The position numbers and the translations under genes were made by a program. A stretch of DNA of 64,000 nt from Pristiophorus japonicus (taxonomy: Eukaryota): the NCBI RefSeq assembly GCF_044704955.1, contig NC_091988.1, forward strand, positions 43,896,001-43,960,000, read 5' to 3'. Shown piece by piece: positions 1 through 13,331 of this stretch (position 1 is the stretch's first letter; each line of letters opens with the position of its first letter). The notes beneath the pieces are model-generated. The model was not told the DNA's origin and did not search any database. It worked only from the letters and a program-made list of their open reading frames with translations.

Positions 1-1703
1 ACCTTGTAGTCTCCGCAAATCCTGACAGTGCCATCTTTCTTCAACACAGGAACAATAGGGCTGGCCCACTCATTGAACTCGACAGGTGATATGACCCTTT
101 CACGTTGGAGACTGTCAAGCTCAATCTCAATCTTCTCCCTCATCATATAAGGGACAGACTGAGCTTTGTGATAGACAGGCCTTGTATCAGAATCCAGGTG
201 AATCTGCACCTTGGCTCCAGTAAAATTATCAATGCCAGGCTCAAATAAAGAATGAAACCTCTTCAACACTTGAGCACAAGAAGTGTCATCCACTGAGGAC
301 AACGCTTTGACATCACTCCAGTTCAGCTTGATGTTCTCGAGCCAATTCCGACAACATTGGACCATTACCTGGGACGATCCATAAAGATAGATCTTGGATC
401 ACGCCATCATACAACACCTTGATTACTGCATTGCCAATCACAGGTATGAGTTCCTTCATATAAGTACGCAATTTGGCTTTGACTGGACTCAGCTTAGGCT
501 TCACAGCCTCAGTGTCCCACAAATTGTCAAATGTCACTTGGCTCATGATCGACTGACTTGTACCCATGTCCAACTTCATTGATACAGGCACGCCATTCAG
601 CTTCACATTAACAGTTATCGGCTGGCTTTTTGATGAGAACGAATACAAACTATACACTTCCTCCTCAGATTGTGTATAAAGTCAGCACTGGACTGGTCAT
701 CATCAACAATATGATGAGCAGCAGCAGCACACTTGCTCAGTTGTGAGCACATTTTCTGGAGGTGTCCCACTTTCGAACAGCCATTACAGGAGTATTGTTT
801 AAACCAACACTGATGAGGCTGATGATTGCCCCCACAACGCCAACAGGGTGAACTCAGCTTCGTACCAGTTGTCAGGCTCTGAGCAGCTACAGGTTTCACG
901 TTAACAGTTGACTTGGCTCTGCCATGAGCAGCTTTGCCAGAAGACGACACAATCTTGTTTACAGTTCCTGACAAGCCTGCCGTGGAGCTCCGACCTTTGG
1001 ATGATATCTGCCTCAAGTTCTCATCAGTCGTCATGCATGCCTGGGCAATCGTGATGGCCTTTTTCAAGTCCAGTTTCTTTTTGGCCAATAACTTCCGAAG
1101 AATCACATCATGGTTGATGGCTATCATGAAAAAGTCTCTCAACATGTCTTCCAGTGTGTTCCCGAACTTACACGGCTCAGCAAGACATCATAGGTTGCTG
1201 ATGAATCCTGACACGTCTTGGCCCTCAGCACGGACATGCATGTAGAAGCGCTAGCATGAGATGATGATCCTTTCCTTCGGCTTTAGATGGTCATGCACCA
1301 AATCACACAATTCCTCGTAAGACTTGGTAGTTGGACATAAAGGCGAGAGAAGGTTCTTCATGATGCCGTAAACCTTCTGACCACAGATGGTGAGAACCGC
1401 CCTGCGACGGACTGCATCAGCCTCCCCCTCCATTTTGTTGGCAACAAAATATTGATCCAGGCAGCCGACAAAATCCGTCCTTTCTTCACCATCCACGAAT
1501 TTGTGCAGAATTCCAATAGTGTCCATTGTAAATAGGAAAGTTCTTAGTTTACCTCATCACCAATGTAATAACACAAGAGTCCTGTTATTATAAACTGCCT
1601 CGGGTGTATACCTAATTTCTTTTATTCCCACTTCGGTTAAGAACAAGATCCGACTTCCTGTATTGCCTGCATGACATTCGACCCCAAGCATAAATATATT
1701 ACA
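1..1703 (-). mobile_element. Degraded Gypsy (Mag-like) LTR retrotransposon: 5' LTR, gag, protease and start of RT; runs off the window edge
   Basis: Minus-strand ORF fragments: gag N-terminus (1251-1526), CCHC knuckles CWRCGGNH..C / CNGCSKVGH..C (615-1145) and protease 'MKLDMGTS' (313-657). RT start is at 1-312. A PBS-like TGGTGATGAGG directly follows the LTR on the minus strand. Confidence 0.9.
1564..1703 (-). repeat. 5' LTR (140 bp) of the Gypsy element
   Basis: Bounded by the inverted termini TGTAATA...TATTACA, abuts the PBS, and has AATAAA on the minus strand. Confidence 0.75.
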
Positions 1704-2529
1704 TAAACATAGAAGAATAAATGGAGCATTATATGAGTTTAATGCGAGTGAGCATTGGCATTAGACCATTTCTAAGCATCTGTGAAGAAATAAATCTGTA
1801 ATTTCAACAGTTCTTTAATAACCATAATATATTAAAAATATTTAATTTGTTTCTACTTCCTATTACAAAGCCTTGCTACCAGTTGACACTTTTTTGGCAT
1901 GTGCATGTGAGAAAATTCCTATGTCCACATTTATAATAAAAACTGCCATGTTAACGTATCAATCTGTAAGTTGCACCCTCCCAACAGTGGCAGTGCTGCA
2001 ACACCCCTGTTTTGTGTCTCCCAGTTCCTCAGCCTACATTACAGACAATCTCCTATGATCCAACCAACTCTACTCTTCTGCTTCCAAATTGTTGTAATTT
2101 TTTGATATTTAACTATAAATCATAACACAAAATCAAAGTATGTAAAAATAAGGGCAGAATGTAGGAGTTTAAAATGGGACTGAATTACACCTGTGTGCAC
2201 TTATCTAATTAGCCTCCACGCTCTAATTTCACTTTATCAAAAGACAGTACTGGGACTTGACTTTCCAGGTACAATGGTAGATCGACTAGTATACAATAAA
2301 ATTCAGCCATTTTCTATCTATTATAAAATTACTATTAAAGTCTAATATTAATTAATCCTCTTCCATCAGACCATTCTGAGAAAAGGTGAAATTGGGACAA
2401 GTTAATCTAATATTTTCCAGGAAATCTGTAATCTTGCTCAGTACTGAATTTGGCACAGAAAGATATAATGTGCATCAATGACAGAGAGCATTCGTTTTCT
2501 ATTTACATACAATTAGTTTTCCATCTGTA

Positions 2530-3140
2530 GCTGATGCACGAGTTCAAAGAAAGTGACAATGATGATTCCAGGACTCGGGGCTCTATATTATGAAGAGAGA
2601 GTCAAAAACTGAACAATGAGATACATGTAAAATGCTGATACACAGAAGAAATGCTGAGACTGTAAGGACAGGCTAGAGCAAATGACTCCAAAATTAACAA
2701 TCCTAAAATGTCTGACTAGCAGTTCAAAGAACATATTTTTTCCCCAATGAGTAGTATAAGTATGGAAAAGATATCATAAAAGCAATTTATGCTACATCTA
2801 TAAACTCCTACAAAAAAGAGATAGATAGTTATCTGATTAATAACCAGATTAAAGATGAACTAAAATAACTCCAGTTACAGATCAAACATTCAGTACACTG
2901 TGGAACAGCAGGGTTCTGTTGGGGCTTGGTCCAAAGAAGAGAAATGGTCAGATTGATATCCAGGAGTTTCACTAAATTACTTTGGAAGTCAGCTAGAAAC
3001 TTCACAGATTTGGTGTAGTTTTATCTCCCTCAAGACATAAAATACATCGGGCTCAGTCCATGAGTGTGTAAATTGTACATTGTTGTGGAAACAGCAGGTT
3101 GAAGGGCCAAATGCTCTTATTGCATACTTTCTTCAAATTT
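2530..3140 (+). mobile_element. Old, degraded CR1-type LINE 3' fragment
   Basis: Weak similarity to the CR1 ORF2 C-terminus (gttcaaagaa...gattccagga...tatgaagagagag) and to the 3' UTR type seen at 35930-36311. Confidence 0.5.
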
Positions 3141-3204
3141 ATGATTATTGTTGGCTGAATTGCTATCTGGAGCACTGTTGATTCTGAAAGTGTGTTGAAC
3201 ATCA

Positions 3205-3620
3205 GAAATCGCAGCAGGAGTAACCCCTCGAGTCAGCTCTGCCATTCATTAAATCCTGGCTGATTTTCTACCTCAACTCCACTTTCCTGCCCAATCCCCA
3301 TATCCCTTGATTCCATTAGTGTCCAACAATCTATCGATCTCTGTCTTGAATATACTCAACGACTGAGTATCCACAGCCCTCTGGGGTCGAGAATTCCAAA
3401 GATTCACAACACTTTAAGTGAAGAAATTTCTCCGCATCTCATTGCTAAATGGCCGACCCCTTATCCTGAGACTATGATCCCTAGTTCTAGACTCTCTAGC
3501 CAGTGTAAACAGCCTCTCAACATTTATCTTATCAAGCTCTCAAAAATTTTTATATAATTCAATTTGATCACCTCTGATTCTTCGAAACTCCAGAGAATAG
3601 AGGCCCATTCTATTCAATGG
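3205..3620 (-). mobile_element. CR1 LINE 3' fragment
   Basis: Reverse complement of the CR1 ORF2 end and 3' UTR (gaattccaaagattcacaac...aagaaatttctccgcatctc). Confidence 0.85.
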
Positions 3621-4257
3621 GTAATATTTTGAGGTAATATTTTTCAGGGGAAAACAAATATGTTATTTTTTTGGGTGAACTGATGTGGATGCACAATCTT
3701 TACCCCCTTATTTCTGCATGAGAAAAGGCCTTGGGGAAGACAAGGGCTTTGAATTTTGCTGATAATACTAATGTTAAGACAATCAGGGCACTGCTTTATC
3801 GGTGAAATTTAAATTATCAATGTGCAGTAGACTGAGAACTGTAGGTTTTATTTAGTCCTGTTCACAATCAAATGTAATTTTCTTGTCTCTTCTGCCACTA
3901 ATTAAAACTGTCACATCACTTCCTTCTGGGTCTGCTGTACAAAGATTTCTTGCTGCATTCAATCCTTTTCTTTCTCAAGGAGAACAAAGGAAGGAAGGCA
4001 AGAATAATATGGAGAACGATGAAATAACTAAAAAGTGAATAACAAAAGGAAAGTAAAACATGGACAGAACAAATTAAAACAAAGACTGCAGTTAAAGAAA
4101 AAAGGAATGAGGAAAAGAGTGAGAACATGTATGGATAGAAGAATTGGGAAGAATGTTGGTTGGAAGGATAGGTTTGATTTTACTCAGCCACCCGGCGAAA
4201 ACCAGGCAGGTGAGCAGTTAAAAACAAGGAGGTTAGTTACCCCCTCAGACCTTGACT

Positions 4258-4612
4258 CCAGTGCAGTGCTGAGGAAGTGCTGCATTTCGGAGTTGCCGTC
4301 TTTCGGATGAGACATTAAACCGAGGCCCCGTCTGCTTTCTCAGGTGGACATAAAAGATTCCTTGATACTATTTCAAAGAAGAGCAGGGGTGTTATCCCCG
4401 GTGTCCTGGCCAATATTTATCCCTCAATCAACATAACAAAAAAATAGATTATCTGGTAATTATCTGTTTGTGGGAGCTTGCTGTGCGCAAATTAGCTGCC
4501 GTGTTTCCTACATTACAACAGTGACTACACTCCAAAAGTACTTCATTGGCTGTAAAGCACTTTGTGACGTCCGGTGGGTGTGAAAGGCGCTATATAAATC
4601 CAAATCTTTCTT
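4258..4612 (+). mobile_element. Deu-domain SINE (SacSINE1/AmnSINE1-like), 5'-truncated
   Basis: Deu core motifs 'ggatgagacattaaaccgaggcccc', 'cctggccaatattt' and 'gcttgctgtgcgcaaattagctgcc', plus an L2-like tail 'aaggcgctatataaat'. Confidence 0.85.
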
Positions 4613-5394
4613 TAACCCTTTCTAGCCATTTCCGATTTTAACCTGCAGGATTTAACAGGCGAATGAGACGCCCGCCTAAAACAGGTGCAAACCTCATGAA
4701 TATACTCAAACTGGGATCACATTATGTCAATAGGGCCCTGATTACATTTAACTGAGACCTGAGCAGGAAACTGCTGTGGCTTTCACGCCAGGCTGAAATA
4801 GGTCAGCAGCTGCTGCGGTAACAGAGGAGGCCCACCAAGGTAAGTGTAAAGCTTTCTTTATGGGGCCATGAGGAATAGAGGCGCTCCTTCAGAGGTGCTC
4901 CTTCCCCAGCCCTACAATCTCCCCCGCCCACCCTCCATCCCTCTTCCCTCCTGCGATACCCTCCTGAAAATCCCCTTGCCACTTTTTGTGGCAAAGATTG
5001 TGAGGCTGGGGAGGCTGCGAATTTCTTACATGGGGCATGAAGGACCACTTTTCTTCCTCCTGGCCCCATCTACAAGCAAAAAGAGCAGGTTAAAAAGCAG
5101 GTAAGTGGGGTTAGAGGCATATAGCGCCAGTTGAGGAGTTAGCATTGGCACAGAAGTGTAGGGCTGAATAGCCTCTTCTGGAGATGCATTTTTAAATTAT
5201 TTTAATCTATGAATATCCAAAAGAGATAATGAGCCCTTAGACACGGAGAAAGGAACCAGAACAAGAATTACTTCTATCCAATTTTCACTTTACTTCAGCC
5301 ATGCTAATCCACTTAGTATACTTCTAATGTTTCCTTGCTTCCAAAATGCTTTCTGTTCAACTCCGCTTTAGTTAACAGACCTGATTCTCAAATT

Positions 5395-6120
5395 TTGCAA
5401 GATCTGGACTCATGGTACATCAGTCATTGAAAGTTGGCATGCAGGTACAGCAGGCGGTGAAGAAGGCAAATGATATGTTGGCCTTCATAGCTAGGGGATT
5501 TGAGTATAGGAGCAGGGAGGTCGTACTGCAGTTGTACAGGGCCTTGGTGAGGCCTCACCTGGAATATTGTGTTCAGTTTTGGTCTCCTAATCTGAGGAAG
5601 GACGTTCTTGCTATTGAGGGAGCGCAGCAAAGGTTCACCAGGCTGATTTCCAGGATGGCTGGACTGACATATGAGGAGAGACTGGATTGACTGGGCCTTT
5701 ATACATTGGAGTTTAGAAGGATGAGAGGGGATCTCATAGAAACATATAACATTCTGACGGGACTGGACAGGTAGATGCAGAAAGAATGTTTCCAATGTTG
5801 GGGAAGTCCAGAACCAGGGGACACAGTCTAAAGATAAGGGGTAAGCCATTTAGGACTGAGATAAGGAGAAACTTCTTCACTCAGAGAGTTGTTAACCTGT
5901 GGAATTCCCTACCGCAGAGAGTTGTTGATGCCAGTTCATTGGATATATTCAAGAGGGAGTTAGATATGACTCTTATGGCTAAAGGGATCAAGGGGTATGG
6001 AGAGAAAGCAGGAAAGGGGTACTGAGGTAAATTATCAGCCATGATCTTATTGAATGGTGGTACAGGCTCGAAGGGCCGAATGGCCTACTCCTGCACCTAT
6101 TTTCTATGTTTCTATGTTTC
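5395..6120 (+). mobile_element. CR1 LINE 3' fragment (ORF2 C-terminus and 3' UTR)
   Basis: ORFs 5412-5690 ([15 protein letters not shown]) and 5786-6025; ends in (TTTCTATG)n. Confidence 0.95.
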
Positions 6121-6374
6121 AAACGATATCACATCAATGTGAAAGTGACTTTAATTATTAAGGGATTCCTGTAACATGTAACATGTTTCTTTAAATATTA
6201 ACCAACCTGTTTAAATTGTAATTGGAAATTGTTTTAATCTCACCAAACAGTTCGTCGAGAGCTGTCTACTGATGGAAGGTTCTACGTCTGTTTAAGGGCT
6301 TTAGTTGCACTCATGCATGAAGTATTGTTTGATTTGTTCAGGAAACAATTTACAAGCAAACTCCTAAGTTAATT

Positions 6375-6446
6375 GAATTCTAACGAAAGATCCTTGACCT
6401 GAAACGTTTACTCTGTTTCTCTCTCCACAGATGCTGCCTGACCTGC
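6375..6446 (+). other. Penelope-type repeat remnant with a degenerate hammerhead-ribozyme core
   Basis: CTAACGA (cf. CUGANGA), a short stem, then GAAACGTT, followed by 'ctctccacagatgctgcctgacctgc', which is shared with the Penelope 3' end at 59166-59260. Confidence 0.6.
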
Positions 6447-7351
6447 ATTATTTGATTTGATCTGGGGAAGACGCTTGTTATTTCACAAAAGTGTTGCTTT
6501 TGACCCCGACAGAGCTAAAAGCAGAGGATCTATTGTAGTCGGGCAGGTAGGCAGTTGAAATTGATTTACCTGCCAATATGCTGCCTGAATACTGCTGTCT
6601 TTGATCTTAAGTACTCTACTGAGCAGGTGGCAAAGGCACTCACCTGAAGCTAGTGGGGGCCTTCTTTAAATATGCAGGTCGGGGTCCAATAACATCAGGA
6701 CCGCCTATTATTTTAACTCTGGCCTGAGCAGAGAAGAATTGGAAGTAGAAGAGTTTTTTTTTAACGTCCTTTGTTGGGCCCAGGGGAGCAGGAACGGTTA
6801 AGCCTCCCCTGCCCCGGACTCCCTCTCCTTCCTGTCCGGAACGTCATTCCTCACACTTACCCGAATGCTGCTCAAATATCCTCAGGCCAGCAGCCACTTC
6901 ATGTCTACTTCTCGCCAGTTCCGACAGCATGTTAATGAGGCCCAGTGTTTAAAATCGCCATGGCCTTATTCTGCCATGGGCTGATGGGAATGTAACTGAA
7001 TCCTTCCACAAACGCCCCCCCACTCCCCCCCCCCAGATCTTGTGACAGAATCTGGGGTTATTTCAAAAGCTGTTTCTCTAAAGGGATTGTGAAATCCTTG
7101 GATATAAAAGGGTAAGCTGGAGTTCGCAACAGAGGCTGAATTTGCAAAGTAGCAACAAGGTCTCTTTTTGTCAATATACTAGAGACATTTGAACTAAATC
7201 AGAAGATATGCTCATTAACTGTAATTACCCATTACAAACATTCTTTCTATATGTTATATTTATATATTACTTCTAGTATTTGCCATCTGTCATCCTTGGT
7301 TCTATGTAAATAAAGTCGATAGTTATTTTAATTTGTAAGTCTTTTGTTTGT

Positions 7352-7868
7352 GACGCACCAATGTCAGTGTTCTTGATCAGGCCAACAGCCCCAGCATCGA
7401 AGCACTGACCACACTTGACCAGCTCCGTTAGGTGGACCACATCATCCACATGCCCAACACGAGACTCCCAAAGCAAGCGCTCTACTCGGAACTCCTACAC
7501 GACAAGCGAGCCACAAGTGGGCAGAGGAAACATTTCAAGGACACCCTCAAAGCCTCCTTGATAAAGTGCAACATCCCCACCGGCACCTGGGAATCCCTGG
7601 CCCAAGACCGCCCTAAGTGAAAGAAGAGCATCCGGGAGGGTGCTGAGCACCTTGAGTCTCGTCACCGAGAGTATGCAGAAACCAAAAGCAATAGCGGAAG
7701 GAGCATGCGGAAAACCAAACTACCCACCCACCCTTTCCTTCAACCACTGTCTGTCCCATCTATGACAGAGACTGTAATTCCCATATTGGACTGTACAGTC
7801 ACCTGAGAACTCGCTTTTAGAGTGGAAGCAAGTCTTTCTCGATTTCAAGGGACTTCCTATGATGATGA
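7352..7868 (+). mobile_element. RTE-clade LINE 3' fragment
   Basis: ORF 7432-7620 'TRLPKQALYSELLHDKR..GQRKHFKDTLKASL'; 3' end gtggaagcaagtc...gggacttcctat(gat)n. Confidence 0.85.
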
Positions 7869-7993
7869 ACATCCACCATTTCAGAGCATTTGGCAGCATC
7901 ATGCAAACTATGTTAAAGAGTAAGGAGATGTTTCTAGTAAGGAGATTGCTACAAATTGCTTAATCCCTTAGGCACCTCTGTAAGGAAAGAGTA

Positions 7994-8326
7994 TAAGAAC
8001 ATAAGAGCATAAAAAATAGGAGCAGGAGTAGGCCATACAGCCCCTCGAGTCTGCTCCGCCATTCAATAAGATCATGACTGATCTGATTTTGGCCTCAACT
8101 CCACTTTCCTGCCTGTTCCCAATAACTCTTGACTCCCCAAAAATCAGTCTATCTCCGCCTTGAATATATTAAATGACCCAGCCTCCACAGCTCTCTGGGG
8201 TAGAGAATTTCAAAGAGTCACGACCCTCTGAGAGAAGAAATTCTTCCTCATCTCTGTCTTAAATGGGTGACCCCTTATTCTGAAACTATGTCCCCTAGTT
8301 CTGGATTCCCCCACGAGGGGAAGCAT
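7994..8326 (-). mobile_element. CR1 LINE 3' fragment
   Basis: (ATAAGAAC)n tail and CR1 3' UTR in reverse orientation. Confidence 0.9.
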
Positions 8327-8854
8327 GGTAGGATGTAGGTTTATACCTGGATATCTTCCCATGGTGATCCCAAACCCAGCCAGTCACTCCATGCTGCTCT
8401 CTTTCTGATACCTTTGAACAAATGGCTAAAGATTAGCATTGTCAGAAGCTGGTTAGCAGATCTCCAGACCATACAATTGGCTAGGGAATGTTCATGGCAT
8501 GGAGAGAGTACAGGAAGGGAAAGTAATTCAATAGTTTGTGATAGAGGTGCCCACAGTGTTATTAGCAATCAATACCTTGGAGGGGTCACATACCTCAAAT
8601 TACAGTTGGGGGTCACAGACCCTCCAGACATTGGTGTAATTTAACCATCTGATGTGAGATAAACTAAAATGTTACTAAATTATATTGTATGGTTAAATTC
8701 CACTGTATTTCTGTCACGGTACATTTTTTGGCAATTTTTTCTGGCGATGGGATCTATTAAGACTCATCTATCGTGACATTCATCAAGTGGAAAGATACAA
8801 ATGGTGAGGAAGCACTCCCAATGTAAGGCACAAAAAGCTCAGATACTTCTGCGA

Positions 8855-9185
8855 TTACTAGTGCTACTACTGCTATTACTATTACTACTACAACAACAAC
8901 AAGTTCCTTCATATTGTGACTTTAATGTCGTAAAACAATACAAAGTGCTTCACCGGGACATAACCAGACAAAAATTGGCATGAGCCACATAAAGAGATAT
9001 TTGGGCAGATGACCAAAAGCTTGGCCAAAGAGGTAGGTTTTAAGGAGCATCTTAAAGGAGGAGAGCGAAGCAGAGAGGGTTAGGGAGAGAATTCTAGAGC
9101 TTAGGGCCTAGGCAGCTCAAGGCACATCCGCCAATGATTGGGGTGCGCAAGATGCTAGAATTGGAGGAGCGCAGAGATTACAAAG
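8855..9185 (-). mobile_element. L2-type LINE 3' fragment with a (CTA/TTA/CAA)n microsatellite tail
   Basis: 'gaccaaaagcttggccaaagaggtaggttttaagg' is shared with the copy at 18995-20125; trinucleotide run at 8855-8901. Confidence 0.75.
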
Positions 9186-9680
9186 GGGCAATCAAAATAA
9201 AGATGCAAGAGTCCCTATTCTCTAAGGCAACATAGTCCTTTATTGCTAGTCACAGCAGAACATCCCTTATTCCACCTGTGTGGATATTTCCACTTCTCAC
9301 ACAGCAGCCATAATTTCTGCTCCTTTGATTGAGATTAAAGATTTACTGCCGATTTTTGTTCTGTGGACTCATATTTAGTAGAACATAGTTGAGGCGGCCC
9401 AAACTAATTTTGAGTAGGGTCCTTCCTGTTGACAGAGAAAGGAAACTTTCATCCCATGAGACTGACCTGAATTTCAGCTCAGACCTCAGATCTTCACTGT
9501 GAAAGGAAATTGTACCAGTTATTTATTTTGTTGGAATATTTTGAAATATTATATGGCTGGCATCATTCTATTTTTGAGTTATTTTCACTGAACAATTTTG
9601 ATTTAGCTATAGCATGCTTAAAGCAGTGACATCCAATGGGAGCTAAGGGGACTGCAGTTTATATTGACTGACGACATATA

Positions 9681-12114
9681 AGCCAAGAAATTGGATAAGG
9701 CCCGAAAATGGGCACAGGTATCATGATGCGCGATTACCCCGCCTCCCGTTGAATCCAATGCAAGCAGCCTGCAAGTTTCATACTGCCTGCTAATTAATAT
9801 GATTGCAGAGGTAAGGAAGTGCTAAATGTGCTGTTCAGTGGCTTAGCACCTCAGCAGGGGGCCTAAGTTTGTGCAAAGCTTACAGCAATTAAAACTAGCC
9901 TGCACTTCTTAAAGGCAGCCTGCACCTCTTAAAGGGGAGCTGCATTCTGGCTTCAGTGGGTGATGGAAGTGACTGGAAAACAGACTGAGGAGCAAGAAAA
10001 CTGCGTGATGTCGCAACATGGCAGAGAGAGAGCACCCAGAGTCTCAGGCACGGGAGGTGGATAGGAGAAGAGAGATCCTCTATCCACAGGGTGCTAGGAG
10101 ACACTCCAGACAAACTGTGAGAAGGCATTGGGACCAGATAGCTGTTGTGGTCAATGCGAGCATTGTAGCTCCGAGGGCCTGGATACAATGCCACAAGAAA
10201 TGTAATTACCTTACACTAGTGGTCAAGATCAGTGAATTCATCTTCAAATGCCATATCCTTACAACTGAACCACTAAGCTCACACATTGCTCAATTCACCA
10301 CCACCCTGCTTCACTCACTTACCAACAATTTCTATCAATCATAACTTATATATCTAACATTCATAACTTCACCTCACCCTCACACCCTCAGACACTTAGC
10401 ACTGCTACAAGCCTCACACCCACCTCTCACAGCTTGCATACACTGCCAGTTATTCAACCAGCACAGCCACATCAGCCAAACACTGTGAACTTCACTCACT
10501 GACACACTTCCCTCTCTCTTGGCAGGACATGATGGTGCATAACAGGGAGCAGCTGCAGCTAACTGGAGGGGGGCAGGCCCGCCTCCATATCCTGACCCCG
10601 CTTGAGGAGACGATGCTTGCCATAATTGGAGTGACTGAAGCCATGGCCAGTGGTGGTGCTGAAAGCAGCGAAGATGACGGTATTCTCTTACCTAATCCTC
10701 CTTCTCACATCCCACTTCCCCCTCATCCCACATTCTCTTCTGATTTACAAGCTGCAGATGGTGTGAGCATGCACCTCTTGCTTTATCCCCACCCTCCCCC
10801 TCATCACAACCCTACCCTTGTGCCTTTCTCATTTCAGGGACCCAAGAAATCCAACCTGGCCAGCCAGTGGTGCAAGAGAAAGAGGAGAGTGACGATGAAG
10901 AAGAAACACTGTCACTCGATCTGACACTTGCAGCCATCAGCTCAGATATTGCCACTGCTCGGACTTTAGAGGGTAGTTAGAGGTGGGATCTGCATGTGTC
11001 ACTGTGCACAAGTAGGCTGCAGCCAGGGCAGGGGGAAAGGGAAGCACAGGGTAAGATGAGGTCGCACATGAGTTCGGCTGCACAGGACTCAGTTGAGGAC
11101 TTCGATAGGGCGACCAGCAAAAGAATGCTAATGGGTATGCACAATGAGATGCTTGGTGCATTGGCAGAACTGCCAGAAAGCCTGAATGCAATGTCAAGGT
11201 GCATGGAGGAGTCCAGCTCCAATCTTGCACAGGGCTTTGCGCAGAGCGTGGAAGGGTTGGGCAGATCCATTCGGTCACTTGTGGACCCAACCCGCATGCA
11301 GTGTCCGATGGCCGATGTCTCAGCTTCCACTGCAGCACAAGCAGCATCCACCCAATGAGTGCAGCTTGCTACCATACAAGCACAAACTGCTGCCGTCGTG
11401 GCTGGGTTTACCAGTGTTGAAAGGGGCTTGCAGCCTCCCACAGATTACTAGGATTGCTGAGGTGCCAGTCCGGAGGAGTGGCGGTGCCTCCGTGTGTGAC
11501 GATCCTGCTATTCTCTCTCAGGGGCAGCATTTGTCCTCCCACCACTGTCACTCCGGCACCGCCCTCACTGTTGCCTGTCAGCCAGTCAGCCCAGACTGCT
11601 GCCGCCCATGCCAAGATGGTGCAGTCTGAAGCCGAGCCTTCTAGGCCCAGAGCAGCTCGGGGTCCTCCTGCAAGGCCATCGGCAGTCTCCCCCAATGAAA
11701 GTCAGCCATGCTGCAACCACTGAGGTAGCACTGCATAGGAGCACTAGGACAGAGCACCAAACATTGTACAAACTCAGCAACAGCCAGTAGAAATCAATCA
11801 ACAGCTAACCTGTAAATAGGTGATGATCTCTTTATATAGCGCTGGTGGTGGGGTCCTTCCTGCTGCTGAACACATATTGTACGAGGTTAAGAGAGGGCGT
11901 TAGCTCCAGCATTGAGGTTGAAAATAGTAGCACTGGTGCCAAATCAGCGTTGACGTCATGATTTTCCTATTCTGCATACTACCGCCGCACACCCCCAGCA
12001 CCGACGCTAACGCCCTCACCAAAATAAAGTCCGGCGTGACTCAAATGCTAATTTGGACACAAAACGGCGTCTCCAGAACCGAAAAACCGATGCTAAGGAG
12101 TTGAATTTCTAGTC
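9681..12114 (+). mobile_element. Non-autonomous Harbinger carrying only the Myb/SANT gene
   Basis: Degenerate TIRs (agccaagaaatt ... gaatttctagtct), an internal three-exon Myb-like gene, and no transposase remnant seen. Confidence 0.7.
10018..11760 (+). pseudogene. Harbinger Myb/SANT-like DNA-binding protein (exons about 10018-10227, 10526-10679, 10838 onward), disrupted
   Basis: Exon 1 'EVDRRREILYP..HWDQIAVVVNA..PRAWIQCHKKCNYL' and exon 2 'QLTGGG..ILTPLEE'. AG acceptors end at 10525 and 10837; the first donor is mutated (ATCAGT). Confidence 0.8.
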
Positions 12115-13331
12115 TGTACAATTTTACCGAACATTAGACTGATATCTATTGGAGAGAACGTCTTTTCTGTGTTGCCTTTTGCAACCTCCCTCAAAATATT
12201 AGAATCATGTAGAAAACTAATACTAATAGTCAATTTTTATTCCATAAGGTGAGAGAGCCGCTATGATATGACTGTTAAACTGAACATATGAAACTGTTCA
12301 CCACATTCCTTGGAAGTATATGATGTAATCGGCCATCTGTTCCTTTTTGGGTAAGGTGCAAGGTTTTTTTATATTAAGTCACACAACAGCAGTGTGCAGC
12401 TAGAGGCAACAGCAACAATGACAGATGCCTCCTGAATCTAACCTGGATGGCTGCTTGTTTGAAATACTTTAACACTATACTGGTTAGCTATATGATCTTT
12501 GAGCCATTACAGATAATTTCAGTAACCCTGGAATTGTATTTGAGATAAAACAAAATGAATGCCTGATGATCATAGTGTGCTTTCAAAAATATTTGACAAT
12601 GTTAAACCACATATGGTTAAATTCTTAACAGTTGAAGGTTTTGTGTTAGACTGCATAAGACAAATTTAAAATGGTTGGTGCTATTTCTCAACTGTCATGC
12701 AACTGAATAAATTTACTTAAACTACAATCAAGTTCAAAGGATATTGTGGCCCGGATAATGTTGTTAGGCAAAGATTTTTTTACTGTTCTCTGTTGATATG
12801 ACAACATTGCATCATTATAATTTTGCATTATCATCTATGTTAGTTGCACAAAATCCTTGTGCCGCTCAAGAAGAATGGCTTTGAGCTCTTCCAGAACTAT
12901 TCACTCCCTAAAAGAGTGATGATTCCACATTTATATGTTATTCAAACAGCTGTTTGACTCCCTCAGGGCTGCAATGAATATGCAGTGAAAGGGAATTACA
13001 GGTTTGTCAAAATTTATTCAAAGAATAAAGAAAACATTATTTGGTTCCATGTTCATCGTAGAAAACTGGCATGTTTATTATAAGGTTTAATTGCTTTTCG
13101 ACCCTTTTGATGGTGTTAATACAGACGCTTCTTTTCTGACTTATTGGCATCTGGGCATTTCATCGCCAGACTCATTGGCAGAAGAGGAAATATATTTAAC
13201 AAAGCTAATAACAGACTATAAAAATGGTTAAAGGATAGGCAAGGTCAAAGGTGGCTCAATCATTAGACAGGTGATATTTTGTAACTTATGACTATACCAA
13301 AAGGTACCACAGGTCATACATTAAGTATCTA

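Noticed and set aside
4170-7050. GC-rich segments (about 4170-5110 and 6520-7050) resembling old Harbinger MITEs
   Set aside because: TIR pairs and TSDs could not be fixed with confidence, so they are not listed as features.
8801-8983. ORF with a poly-Leu/poly-Gln run resembling a signal peptide
   Set aside because: It is the translation of a trinucleotide microsatellite at an L2 tail.
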